DNA of 55,947 nucleotides, filler included, from Squatina squatina (taxonomy: Eukaryota), in assembly GCA_031763465.1 (NCBI GenBank). It is 3 parts of 3 records of this genome, joined end to end, with 100 filler letters (N's around TTAATTAATTAA, not from the genome) between each part and the next. Parts side by side here need not be neighbours in the genome. Positions count along the whole stretch, not along the records: positions 29,641 to 55,947 come from JARFOE010000189.1; 2 more parts are not named here. The stretch is one strand, 5' to 3'. Shown here piece after piece: positions 44,421 through 55,795 of this stretch; the first letter of the stretch is position 1; every line of letters begins with the position of its first letter. Position numbers and translations under genes: made by a program. The notes beneath the pieces are model-generated. The model had not been told where the DNA came from. It saw only the letters and a list, made by a program, of their open reading frames with translations, and made no database searches.

Positions 44421-44899
44421 TATATAAACGGAAGCTGTCTTTGATTGATACACAGCTATCTGAATTTAATCGGTAAAAGACAAGAATGTTCACATTTTTT
44501 GGAAAAGTTCCAACCACTCAAACATTTTGAGTGTTTTCTTTGTAAGACTGACAATTAAGTAAGGGGGCACTTCGCAGTTTTCATTGCTCATCAACTTCAT
44601 CAAGTTAAAAATGCTATGGAAAGGTCTCATCTCAGAGCTTTTCGTAGATTTGGCAGGATGCTGTCGAAGAAGCCTTGGTAACTTGTTTCAGTGCACCCTG
44701 TAGATCGGGATGGACAAAATACAGCTCCTGGGCCATATCCGGCTCGCCAGTTCATTTATCCAGCTCGCTGGATGGGACAGAACGAGAACACCAGCCATAG
44801 CTCGAGCTGCACATTTGTGTGAGTCCAGCTATAAGTTTCCAGTCATTTTTTGCCATATTGCTTTATCAGCTTCTTCAACCTTTCACCTGCTTCTTTGTG

Positions 44900-45129
44900 T
44901 AGGGTGGCCAGATGTCCCGGTTTTGCCGAGACAATCCCGGTTTTCGAGGAAGTGTCCCGGTGCCCCAACACTTACCTCAAAATTGCTCAAATGTTTTTCA
45001 TGCCCGCTCTACTGTGAGTCCTGGCGAAGAATGCACTGCCCATGTGCAGTATCAGCGAAGAATGCACTGCCCATGTGCAGTATCAGCGAAGAATGCACTG
45101 CCCATGTGCAGTATCAGCGAAGAACGCAC
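44900..45129 (+). mobile_element. hAT-type non-autonomous element, left end (cut off by a gap)
   Basis: TAGGGTGGCCAGATGTCCCGGTTTTGCC...GTCCCGGTGCCCCAACACT...AAATTGCTCAAAT aligns with the first ~95 bp of the element at 48494. Confidence 0.8.
45024..45129. repeat. 31-bp minisatellite, at least 3.4 copies, running into a gap
   Basis: GCGAAGAATGCACTGCCCATGTGCAGTATCA starts at 45024, 45055 and 45086, with a partial copy at 45117. Confidence 0.95.
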
Positions 45130-45229
45130 NNNNNNNNNNNNNNNNNNNNNNNNNNNNNNNNNNNNNNNNNNNNNNNNNNNNNNNNNNNNNNNNNNNNNNN
45201 NNNNNNNNNNNNNNNNNNNNNNNNNNNNN

Positions 45230-45767
45230 AACCCTGGTTAAATCTATTATTTCAGGTGTCAAGGATCGTAAGCCTCCCCCACGGCACAGCTGACCCTTTC
45301 TCCTGTTTTCAGAATTCTCTTTTTCTACCTGGAGCCCTCTGGCCTCTTACCCTCTCTAGAACTGCCGGCGTGACATCGACCCGCTCAATTTCTCTGCTCC
45401 CCTCCCTCACTCACTCACTCCAACCTACCTCCCGCTGAACTTGCAGCACTCCGTTCTCTCAGATCCAACCCGAATATTTTCATTAAGCCTGCTGACAAGG
45501 GTTGCGCTGTTGTTGTTTAGTGACCTCTACCTTGTGGAGACTGAATGCCTACTCTCTGACATGTCCTCCTACCTCCCCCTGGACCATGATCCCACTACTG
45601 AATATCAAGCCATCATTTCCAAGACTCACTGATCTCATCTCCTCTGGAGATTTTCCCTCCACGGCTTCGAACCTCAGTCCTCCAACCCCACACAGCTTGC
45701 TTCTACCTCTTTCCCAAGATCCACAAACAGGACTGCCCTGGTTGACCCATCGTTTGTCTTTTCTTGC
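45230..45767 (+). mobile_element. Penelope-like retroelement RT N-terminal remnant
   Basis: Across frameshifts it reads SNLPPAELAALRSLRSNPNIFIKPADKGCAVVV...LLSDMSSYLPLDHDPT...FYLFPKIHKQDCPG*PIV, with the KPADKG and PKIHK..RPIV motifs of Penelope-like elements. Confidence 0.88.
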
Positions 45768-46836
45768 NNNNNNNNNNNNNNNNNNNNNNNNNNNNNNNNN
45801 NNNNNNNNNNNNNNNNNNNNNNNNNNNNNNNNNNNNNNNNNNNNNNNNNNNNNNNNNNNNNNNNNNNTGAATGGGCCGCGCAGCCCCTTAAAAGCAGCCG
45901 CACAGCCAAAAAATGTTAAAGAGCACCCCCTCCCTCCCGCTGGGCCACCACACCCACCTCCTCTCGGCCTACTGACAGAACACACAGCATGAATTCACAA
46001 GGGAGCAGGGTGGTGACAAAGCGGATGGATGGTCCGATAGGCAGGCAATGCAGGAAGCCCAGCATGCGCAATGATGAGGGAAGTTGAGAGTACTTACAGT
46101 AGGCCCGTTGCAGTCACATTAGGTCACATAACGTGACCCTCACATAGCCACTTACAGGCACCATAGCAGTTGGAGGTAGTGACAATTCATTGTTTTTTAA
46201 TGTATAACAAAAGAACTGCAGAGGCAACTGTATCAAGATGATTGTTTCCAGCATGGAAAGACTTGGTGAAACTACTGGAGTAACAAAGGGCAAATGAAAG
46301 ATCTTCCACAGCTTAATCCAAACTCTCACTAGACTGGTTCCTCAAGTGATGGTTATATCAGAGCTCCAGGTACGACACTATCTGGAGCAAAGCTCCACAT
46401 GCAGGAGAAGTAAGGTTTGAATCTTTCCTGGGGTATTTGTACTGATACGGATTGCGGAACAGCAGAAGCAAGGAATCAGTAAGTGGCGAGTGTATGTGGC
46501 AACTGAACCACGCAGATATCTGAGGTTCAGTCCCCATATTAGGCTGTGAATCAGCCAATCTCAGTCCGGAGAGTATTGCAGTATGCACCAGCGTTGCTCG
46601 AAGTATCTGTCGGCAGATGCTGGGTGACAACAGAATCAAGTTTGCCTGTGGTGGCTCCTATAGCACAGTAACATTCAGCCTCTCACAAAAGGCGCCACCC
46701 AAGAGGTTTGGCTTTGTTTCTGTGTGTGTGAAAACTGGCCCTCACTTTACAAGAAAAATAGTCACATTGGTTTCAACTAGAAACTAGCTCCCAGTAACTT
46801 TCTGTAGCCAAGCAGGCCATCTTCCACCGGACTTAC

Positions 46837-46890
46837 CCCTGAAGAGCCTTTTCTCCAAACCAATCTCCCTTTTCTAACGTGCGAAGAAAT
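46837..46890 (-). CDS. PRKG1: cGMP-dependent protein kinase 1, partial exon (second cyclic-nucleotide-binding domain; 5' part in gap)
   Basis: FLRTLEKGDWFGEKALQG is followed by the donor GG|gtaagt. Confidence 0.92.
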
Positions 46891-47134
46891 NNNNNNNNNN
46901 NNNNNNNNNNNNNNNNNNNNNNNNNNNNNNNNNNNNNNNNNNNNNNNNNNNNNNNNNNNNNNNNNNNNNNNNNNNNNNNNNNNNNNNNNNTAAGTGACTG
47001 TACCCCACCCCGAGCCATCCCACCCTACACCCCACCACCCACCCCGCGCCGATCCATCCCCCCCCATTGTGATGCCTGCTCCTCCACAAACTGTCCCGTT
47101 GAAATAACTGCTCCCAACAAACACAATCTGGACC

Positions 47135-47297
47135 CTCCTTGAGCTTATCTGGGCAACTGAGGTGCTTTGAATTGGGAATGAATCTAGTGGCCCTCCTCTG
47201 CACCCTTTTCAAAGCCTCAATATTCCCCACCTGGTGAGGAGGCCAAAGCTGGACACCGTATTCCAAGTGAGGCCTGACCAGGACCGTGTACAACGGT
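47135..47297 (-). mobile_element. CR1 ORF2 fragment
   Basis: LYTVLVRPHLEYGVQLWPPH...IEALKRVQRRATRFIP. Confidence 0.85.
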
Positions 47298-48493
47298 ATG
47301 GTTTGTGGTGAATTGTTGGGTGAATACACTCTGTTCGCTCTCGCTGGAGCTTCACAGCAACATTTTCGAACTGTAAACTCTGATGCAAATTGAGCATTGC
47401 AGCTAAGTAAATGAAGTGAAGAGGCAAGATTTAACAGCCGGCGTTTCTGGGGAGCAGCACACAAACTGTGGGAGCGAGCAAGGGAACAAGCTGGTTAATA
47501 ACAGTCGTTCTGATGTAGTAGACAGGGAGTGGGAGGAAAATAGCTTTTATGTGGCCTCACACAGGGAAGAAGCGAATGCAACAAAAATAACAAACCTCTT
47601 TAGAAATTCCATATACTCGGCATGCTTGATTAGTCCTGTCCTCATCATTATAGTCTGAAAACATTGTCGATCGATGGCCCAGAGTTTTACATTCGTAAGA
47701 GCTGGCAAACCACAAAAGGAGAAACATTGTTAACCAACAAGTGAAAAAGAAAGCTTTTTTTTTAAAAAAAAGCACATTTGAATCCNNNNNNNNNNGAGAT
47801 TTGCTGAATTCCACCAGGTTGCCAAGGTAAGGAAGCAAATACATGGCAAAGACAACAGTATTCTTTCCTTGGAGATACGCTTCCTGATATTCCAATTTAT
47901 ACTGCCAATTATAATTTCAGGCAAGGTAGGTCTCCCGCTATTCGTGCAGTGCCAACACGTTGACTCAGGTTCAGCTGCTTACAGCTGGGTGTTCAGCTGC
48001 TTGCTTCAGTGGACATTGTACACGTCCAACATCACATCTGTTACCCTGCCTGATCAGCCAGGAGCCAGAATTGAACAATTGACAAACTACTTAAAAAACT
48101 TCAACTTCTAAACTTCAGGCTGTTGATTGCAGAGCGATCGATTCCATTTGTCAAGAGGCGAAATTTAGACAGTGCAAGAATTTTTTTTTTCCGAATCTTC
48201 AGCCGGCACACGGTGCTGTGGTGAGACACTATCACCGTTTCCCTCCCTTCACCTGAGGCCAGCTTCCCTTCAGCACTCCCTTTGGGGGGGGGGGGGGGGG
48301 GGGGGGGGGGNNNNNNNNNNNNNNNNNNNNNNNNNNNNNNNNNNNNNNNNNNNNNNNNNNNNNNNNNNNNNNNNNNNNNNNNNNNNNNNNNNNNNNNNNN
48401 NNNNNNNNNNCTAGTTGGAGTTGTGAGTGACACTACCAGGGAATTGGAAAAGGGTGCATGTCTGATCGAGGGAAGGGAAGAAGAACGAAAGGA

Positions 48494-48688
48494 CAGGGTA
48501 ACCAGACATCCCGGTTTTGCCAGGACAGTCCCGGTTTTTTAGTAAGCGTCCCGGTGTCCCAACACTGACCTTCAAATTGCTCAAATATCCCGGTTTCCAG
48601 CGAGCGAGAATGGAAAACTGGCTGCGCATGCCCAGACTGGAAGCTAAGTTCTGTCCCTGATTTTAGCTTTAATTATCTAGTCACCCTA
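48494..48688 (+). mobile_element. Complete 195-bp hAT MITE with 8-bp target-site duplication
   Basis: The termini are CAGGGTAACCAGA and TCTAGTCACCCTA (imperfect inverted repeats). CGAAAGGA flanks both sides (48486-48493 and 48689-48696). TCCCGG repeats lie just inside the left end. Confidence 0.92.
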
Positions 48689-51264
48689 CGAAAGGATGAA
48701 CTTTGGAGAGTAGCGAACGCAAGCATGGACGGTGGGGTGGGAGATGAGGAAGAAATACAGCAGCTTGAACTGAGAAGGGGGGGACAGCATGATCCAAAGT
48801 GGGTAGAACATGCTGACTGCGAACTGGGGAGTGAGGGAAGAAGAAGGGTGGCTCAGTCAACTGGCAGGAGGGAGGAGACTCGTGAGCATTCTTGAGGTTG
48901 CGTCAGCCTTTGCACAGTTGAGCTTCTGGTAATTTAATACACTTCATCATTCATGTGTACTGATGCAAATCACTAGGCTTATTTACGATGGAGCTTAAGT
49001 CAATATCATTACAGCATCAGCACTGCGCTGAAGACAAAATAAACAGACTTGATCGTGGCGTCTTCCAATCTCTGAATAATCCATACATAATGGAATGATA
49101 TACCTATCTAGTATTAATGATCAAATGTAAGGTTCACATCAAAATCCACAGATAAACTCCAGCAGGGGAGTCCAACCAGCGGCCCAGGGTCTCAGATTGC
49201 CGCCGGCGATTTGGCCCTTAGAGCCCAGGCAACTCAGCCCTAGCTGCGTTTATGTTTCTTATTTACTAGTATGCCTGCCTGGGCCAGAAGGCTGAGAAAG
49301 GGCTGCTTTAAGTACTGTAGGGCGGATAAATCCCAAATCAGAACACAAAGATCTGTGGGTATCCATGACCCAAGACATCTGAAAATCAATGGGAACAAAC
49401 TTTATTCAAACCAACAAGCTGTTCCAACTGCTAGGGCAGTTTTATTTTGAATTATTGATTTAAAATATGGGTGACAAGTCCCCTGGTCCTCTAAGTATAT
49501 GAAAAGCGCAACATGCACCCAGCCCTTCCTGATAATGAGCTTACTTTGATTTTTGTTCCCAACAATTCAGCGGTCCCTTCCTGACAGAGACACGAATTAG
49601 AAACTCGGAATTTCCATCCCCAATAGACAGATGCGTCAACAGAGCAGTTTCCACGCATCTTCCGATTGTCGGGCAGATTTCCGATATATGGAACCTTGCT
49701 CCCATTGGTGGGGGCTCTGCCCTGCAGCTGACACCAAGTTGCTTGGCAATGGCACTTGGTGCTACAGTCTATTCCTCAGCATCAGCCTCTTCAATCTTGA
49801 TGAGTGCAACAATAAAAAAGCAACGAAAAAGAGCTTTATTACTGAAGCCTCTTCAGCTAGAATCACAGTCGGCGGTTCTCACACATTTAATGAAACAGCC
49901 TGAATGGCATTTTATCCAAATTAATGACAGAATTCTTTCTTTTAATTGTAAAAGTTAGCACAGCTTCTAGCTCTAATTTAAGAGCTGTCTCTTTGTATTT
50001 TTCAGCATTAAGCACCAGGGGATCTAAGCATAGTCAAGCTAAGAAACATGCCTGAAATATTTTTACATAATGCTGGGCGAGATCCTGTGGTGTGGCATAA
50101 GAAGCCAGAAATATTGCAGCGTGGCACCTGTTTTTCGGGTGCTAAGATACAACCTAAAACTCCAATATGGTGAGCAGGAAACGTATGCTCATTATGAGCC
50201 AGAAGTGCACCTCCCGCCATATTGGTAAAGGCCAGTGCAGTGTCCACACCTGAAACAAGCGGAGACCAATCGCACATCTAATTAAGGGGCCTAACGCCTG
50301 TTTGAGACCTCCACTGCAAGGTTGGTTCGCCCTGAGGCAGCAGCCAGCACCGGCAAGCACGCGGGAGAGGCAGGTGTCCATGTGTCAAGGGTGCCAAACC
50401 CCACCCAATGTCGTCGATGTCGAGGAAAATCGGAGGGGTGAATAATAGGCTGCCGATCCAATACTGCCCATCTTGCCACCCCTCCGAAGTTGAATTTTAC
50501 TCCGGCGCATTACAGTCCGCTGTCCAGTTACAATATATACAAAATGGACGTCACATCTGAGCCAGTTGACTGGAAACTTGGTTCTATTTGTCACCCTGAT
50601 TCTTTATATAGCTCATGAATGCTGAATGATGGGATACTTTAATTCTATTTAGCAGGCTTCAAAAAAGATCCTTTAGTGATGGGTTGCATAGAATCACAAT
50701 CATGCAGGCCACTGAATTGGATTAAATGATCTATTGCATGTCTATGACTAGTCAGATGACAATACACGTGCCATCCTTGNNNNNNNNNNNNNNNNNNNNN
50801 NNNNNNNNNNNNNNNNNNNNNNNNNNNNNNNNNNNNNNNNNNNNNNNNNNNNNNNNNNNNNNNNNNNNNNNNNNNNNNNTTTGAGTTTAATAATCAAGAT
50901 TTACCACTCACTCATTCTCGTAGAGTCAAACAACACAGAAAGAGGTCATTCGGCCCATTGTGCCTGTGCCAGCTCTTTGAAAGAGGTATCCAATTAGTCC
51001 CACTCCCCATAGCCCTGCAAATGTTTCCTCACCACTTCCTGTACACCAGTTTGCTCAGCTTTCCATTGACAGGCTTCTAAACATTGATATATTTCCCTCT
51101 CATTGCATTATTTATGGGGTGCTTTTGTACATTTTTTACTTAGGTGTCCTGTTCCTTTACACCGATGACATTTTGACTCCTTATAAAAATAATAGGCCAC
51201 CAAGTGGCTATTCTCCTCATTCAGCATACACTTTGTTCACTTGTCTGTCCCTCTTTGAATTCTT

Positions 51265-51610
51265 TTGCGTCTTTATCAGCAGATTTCATGCTCATAGCAA
51301 TCTTTCCTTTTTTTTTGGCAAGGTCAAATTGGCTTCAGTCAGAAGCTTTTGTTGAATGGAATTTGAACGAAGGCCACAAATCAATCTGTGTCTACAGCAC
51401 GTTATCTGGAACGGACCTGAATACCTGAAAGTTTCCTTCATTTTGAGAAAAACTGGTCGGGTCTTCTCCCTCTTTCTGCTTCTTCTGGTGGAATTTAAGA
51501 CATTCAGCAAAGATACCTGGCTTTGGGCGGAGGTGATTGTTGGACCACCAAACAATTGTTCACAGGCTACATCTTGTACTACCAGGTTTGTTTCACTGCA
51601 GTTTTAAGCC
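51265..51610 (-). mobile_element. Degenerate Gypsy/Ty3 LTR-retrotransposon gag-like remnant
   Basis: Across frameshifts it reads NHLRPKPGIFAECLKFHQKKQKEGED...RHRLICGLRSNSIQQKLLTEANLTLPK...KIAMSMKSADKDA, resembling metazoan Gypsy gag (AERFKFH..Q.EGE; RDRLVCGL...IQ.KLL.E..LTL). Confidence 0.75.
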
Positions 51611-51649
51611 AGAGATGTAGAATTACATAGAAATTGCAACACAGAAATA

Positions 51650-51872
51650 CACCGGGATCCCGCTACAATGTGGTCTCGAGGTGAGACCACATTATAACAA
51701 TAATTGACGGTACTCATTAATGTACAGAGCATTTACATGTATAGAATACGATAGGTCCTTTTTCCATAATACATTATGTTCAACACATCGCGAAAATTTT
51801 GGTGTCCAAGACGGGCCCGCGTTATACCGAGCTCCACGCTATAGCGAGCCACGTTCTAGCGGGGCCCCAGTG
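51650..51872. mobile_element. Tc1/mariner (Tigger-like) MITE with TA target-site duplication
   Basis: ta|CACCGGGATCCCGCTACAATG ... CGTTCTAGCGGGGCCCCAGTG|ta gives ~21-bp imperfect terminal inverted repeats flanked by TA. Confidence 0.8.
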
Positions 51873-51984
51873 TAGACCATTCAGNNNNNNNNNNNNNNNN
51901 NNNNNNNNNNNNNNNNNNNNNNNNNNNNNNNNNNNNNNNNNNNNNNNNNNNNNNNNNNNNNNNNNNNNNNNNNNNNNNNNNNNN

Positions 51985-54835
51985 CGATAGCCCCATCCTC
52001 ACACTCACCTCGAGTGAGACTTTGCTATAGCCCGATCCTCACACTCACCTCGAGTGAGACTCTGCTGTAGCCCTATCCCAACACGCTCACCTCAAGTGAG
52101 ACTCCACGGTAGCCCTATCCCCACACTCACCTCGAGTGAGACATTGATAGAGCCCTATCACCATACGCTCACCTCGAGTGAGATACAGCTATAGCTCTAT
52201 CCCCACACAGACCTCGAGTGACACTCTGCTACAGCCTATCACCATACTCAGCTCAAGTGAGACTCTGCTACAGTCCCATCCCCACACAGACCTCAAGTGA
52301 GACTCTGGTACAGCCCTATCCCCACATTCACCTCAAGTGAGACTCTGCTGTAGCCCTATCCCCACACACACCTCGTGTGAGACTTTGCTATAGCCCTATC
52401 CCCACATTCACCTCAAGTGAGACTCTGTTATAGCCCTATCCCCACATTCACCTCAAGTGAGATTCTGCTCTAGCCCTATCCCCACACTCACCTCGAGTGA
52501 GACTCTGCTATATCCCTATCCCCGCACTCATCTCGCGTGATACTTTGCTATAGCCCTATCCCCACACACTAGCCTCGATTGAGTCTCTGTTATAGCCCTA
52601 TCCCCACACTCAACTCGAGTGAGACTCTGCTGTAGCCCTATCCCCACGCGCATCTCGAGTGAGAATCTGCTATAGCCCTATCCCCACATTCACCTCGAGC
52701 GAGACTGTGCTATAGCTCTATCCCCATACACACCTCGTGTGAGACTTTGCTATAGCCCCATCCCCACACTCACCTCGAGTGAGAAACTGCTATAGCCATA
52801 TGCCGACATTCACCTCGAGTGAGACTGTGCTATGGCCCTATCACCACACTCAGCTCAAGTGAGACTCTGCTATAGTCCTATCCCCACACTCACCTCGAGT
52901 GAGACTCTGGTACAGCCCTATCCCCCCACACACCTCGTGTGAGACTCTGCTATAGCCCTATCCCCACATTCACCTCAGTGAGATTCTGCTGTAGCCCTAT
53001 CCTCACACTCACCTCGAGTGAGACTCTGCTATAGCCCTATCCCCACACTCACCTCGAGTGAGACTCTGCTATAGCGATATCCCCACACTCACCTCGAGTG
53101 AGACTCTGCTATAGCGATATCCCCACACTCACCTCGAGTGGGACTCTGCTATAGCCATATCCCCACACTCACCTCAAGTGAGACTCTGCTATATCCCTAT
53201 CCCCACATTCACCTTGAGAGAAACTGTGCTATAACCCTATCCCCACACTCACCTCGAGTGAGATTCTGCTATAGCTCTATCCCCACACTCAACTCGAGTC
53301 AGACTCTGCTGTAGCCCTATCCCCACAGACACCTCGTGTGAGACTCTGCTATAGCCCTATCCCCACACTCACCTCGAGTGAGATTCTGCTATATCTCTAT
53401 CCCCACACCCACCTCGAGTGTGACTCCGCTATAGCCCTATCTCCCCACATTCAACTCGAGTGAGACTCTGCTATAGCCCTATCCCCACAGACACCTCGTG
53501 TGAGACTCTGCTATAGCCCTATCCCCACACTCACCTCGAGTGAGACTCTGCTATAGCCCTATCCCCACACTCACCTCGAGTGAGACTGTGCTATAGCCCT
53601 ATCCCCACACTCACCTCGAGTGAGACTCTGCTGTAGCCCTATCCCCACACTCACCTCGAGTGAGACTCTGCTATATCCCTATCCCCACACTCATCTCGCG
53701 TGAGGCTCTGCTACATCCCTATCCCCACACTGAACTTGCGTGAGACTTTGCTCTCGCCCTATCCCCACATTCACCTCAAGTGAGATTCTGCTATAGCCCT
53801 ATCCCCACACTCACCTCGAGTGAGACTTTGCTATAGCCCTATCCCCACACTCACCTCGAGTGAGACTTTGCTATAGCCCTATCCCCACACTCACCTCGAG
53901 TGGGACTCTGCTATAGCCCTATCGCCACACTCAACTCGAGTGGGACTCTGCTATAGCCCTTTCCCCACAGTCACCTTGAGTGAGACTCTGCTATAGCCAT
54001 ATCCCCACTGTCACCTCGAGTGAGACTCCGCTATAGCCCAATCCCCACATTCACCTCGAGTGAGACTGTGCTATGGCCCTATCCCCACACTCACCCCGAG
54101 TGAGACTCTGGTACAGCCCTATCCCCCCACACACCTCGTGTGAGACACTGCTATAGCCCTATCCCCACACTCACCTCGAGTGAGACTCTGCTGTCGCCCC
54201 ATCCCCACACTCACCTCGAGTGAGACTGTGCTATAGGCCTATCCCCACACATTCACCTCGAGTGAGACTGTGCTATAGCCCTATCCCCACACACTCACCT
54301 CGAGTGAGACTCTGCTATAGCCCTATCCCCACACACACCTCCTGTCAGACTCTGCTAGAGCCCTATCCCCACGGTCACCTCGAGTGAGACTCTGCTATAG
54401 CCCTATCCCCAAACTTACATTTGTGAGACTCTGCTCTAGCCCTAACCCCACATTCACCTCGAGTGAGACTCTGTTGTGGCCCTATCCCCACACTCACCTC
54501 GAGTGAGACTCTGATATAGCCCTATCCCCACACATTCATGTCAAGTGAGACTCTGCTATAGCCCTATTCCCACAAACTAACCTCGAGTGAGACTCTGCTA
54601 TATCTCTATCTCCACACCCACCTCGAGTGAGACTCCGCTATAGCCCTATCTCCCCACATTCAACTCGACTGACACTCTGCTATCACCCTATCCCCATACA
54701 CACTTCGAGTTAGACTCTGCTATAGCCCTACCCCCACACTCACCTCGAAGGAGACTCTGCTGTTGCCCTATCCTCACAGTCACCTCGAGTGAGACTCTGC
54801 TGTTGCCCTTCCTCCCCACTCTCACCTCTGGTGAG
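51985..54835. repeat. 40-bp tandem repeat array, about 71 units
   Basis: The consensus is CTCACCTCGAGTGAGACTCTGCTATAGCCCTATCCCCACA. Units are contiguous with no spacers. The left end abuts a gap and the right end decays. Confidence 0.98.
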
Positions 54836-55696
54836 GATCTGCACCAGCAGCAAACCCTTGTGAAACTACTTTTCAGGTGCTGGTTCTACAGAAGTGTTTC
54901 ATTCTCCATCTTTAAACAAAAATTCATCCCAGAAACAAGTTATAAGCAGGTGAGGAAACATTGCAGCATTAGTGGGCTTTGGGTACAGAAGGCATTACAC
55001 GTAGCTCCATGCATGGCACTGATGACTTGATTCATATATAAAGCTACATGGCTGAGTCTGTGTACATTACCATCGATGTTTGCAGCACAGAAGGAGGCCA
55101 TTTAGCTGTTGTGCCTGCTGCTTTTTGCTAGAACTAACCCTACTGCTCTCTCCACATAGCCCTGCAAATTTCTTACAGGTTTTTGACTTGCCGGAGGTTT
55201 CTCCTAATTGTGTTCCGCAAAAATATTTTGTTCATCCCAAAAATGCTGCGAAAGTTGAAACAACACCAAATTATGTGTTAGTTTTACTGTATGTGGANNN
55301 NNNNNNNNNNNNNNNNNNNNNNNNNNNNNNNNNNNNNNNNNNNNNNNNNNNNNNNNNNNNNNNNNNNNNNNNNNNNNNNNNNNNNNNNNNNNNNNNNTCC
55401 CAACTGGCTGAGCACTGCTGTCTCATGGCGGGGCAAGTCCAGCGGTAAGGAATTCAGACAACATAGTGATTTCAGTTTCACTGCACTGCTCTGCTTCCTG
55501 GGAACCTGCAGGAGATGAGCGCCTGTGTCACGATCATAAATCCAGGCACATACAGTGCTGGAATTTCTTACAGAGCTTTAAGAAAAAAAAGCACCAAGCC
55601 TTTTATGTAATCTTACTTAAATGCGTGTTGAATTTGGATTTGATTTCAGTGAGCACCTCTAATTATCCTGATTTTTTTTGCTGATAATCACACACA

Positions 55697-55795
55697 ATGG
55701 AATCAAATCAAAAAAACGGGGATGGATTGACCGGAACTCAAAAAGAAGCAACATTACGTACACTGATTCAGCGCACAGGATATAGCTTGGTACAG
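55697..55795 (+). CDS. A1CF: APOBEC1 complementation factor, first coding exon
   Basis: MESNQKNGDGLTGTQKEATLRTLIQRTGYSLVQ|gtagga matches the human A1CF N-terminus as I recall it (MESNHKSGDGLSGTQKEAALRALVQRTGYSLVQ). A likely acceptor tttcag ends at 55649. The gene is next to PRKG1, as in human. Confidence 0.93.

Noticed and set aside
48284-48310. 27-nt poly-G run as a G-quadruplex element
   Set aside because: It ends at a contig edge, which is typical of two-colour sequencing or homopolymer artifacts, so its length is unreliable.
51985-54835. CRISPR-like array (regular palindromic repeats)
   Set aside because: The units are contiguous with no unique spacers, there are no cas genes, and the context is vertebrate. 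It is a minisatellite/satellite.
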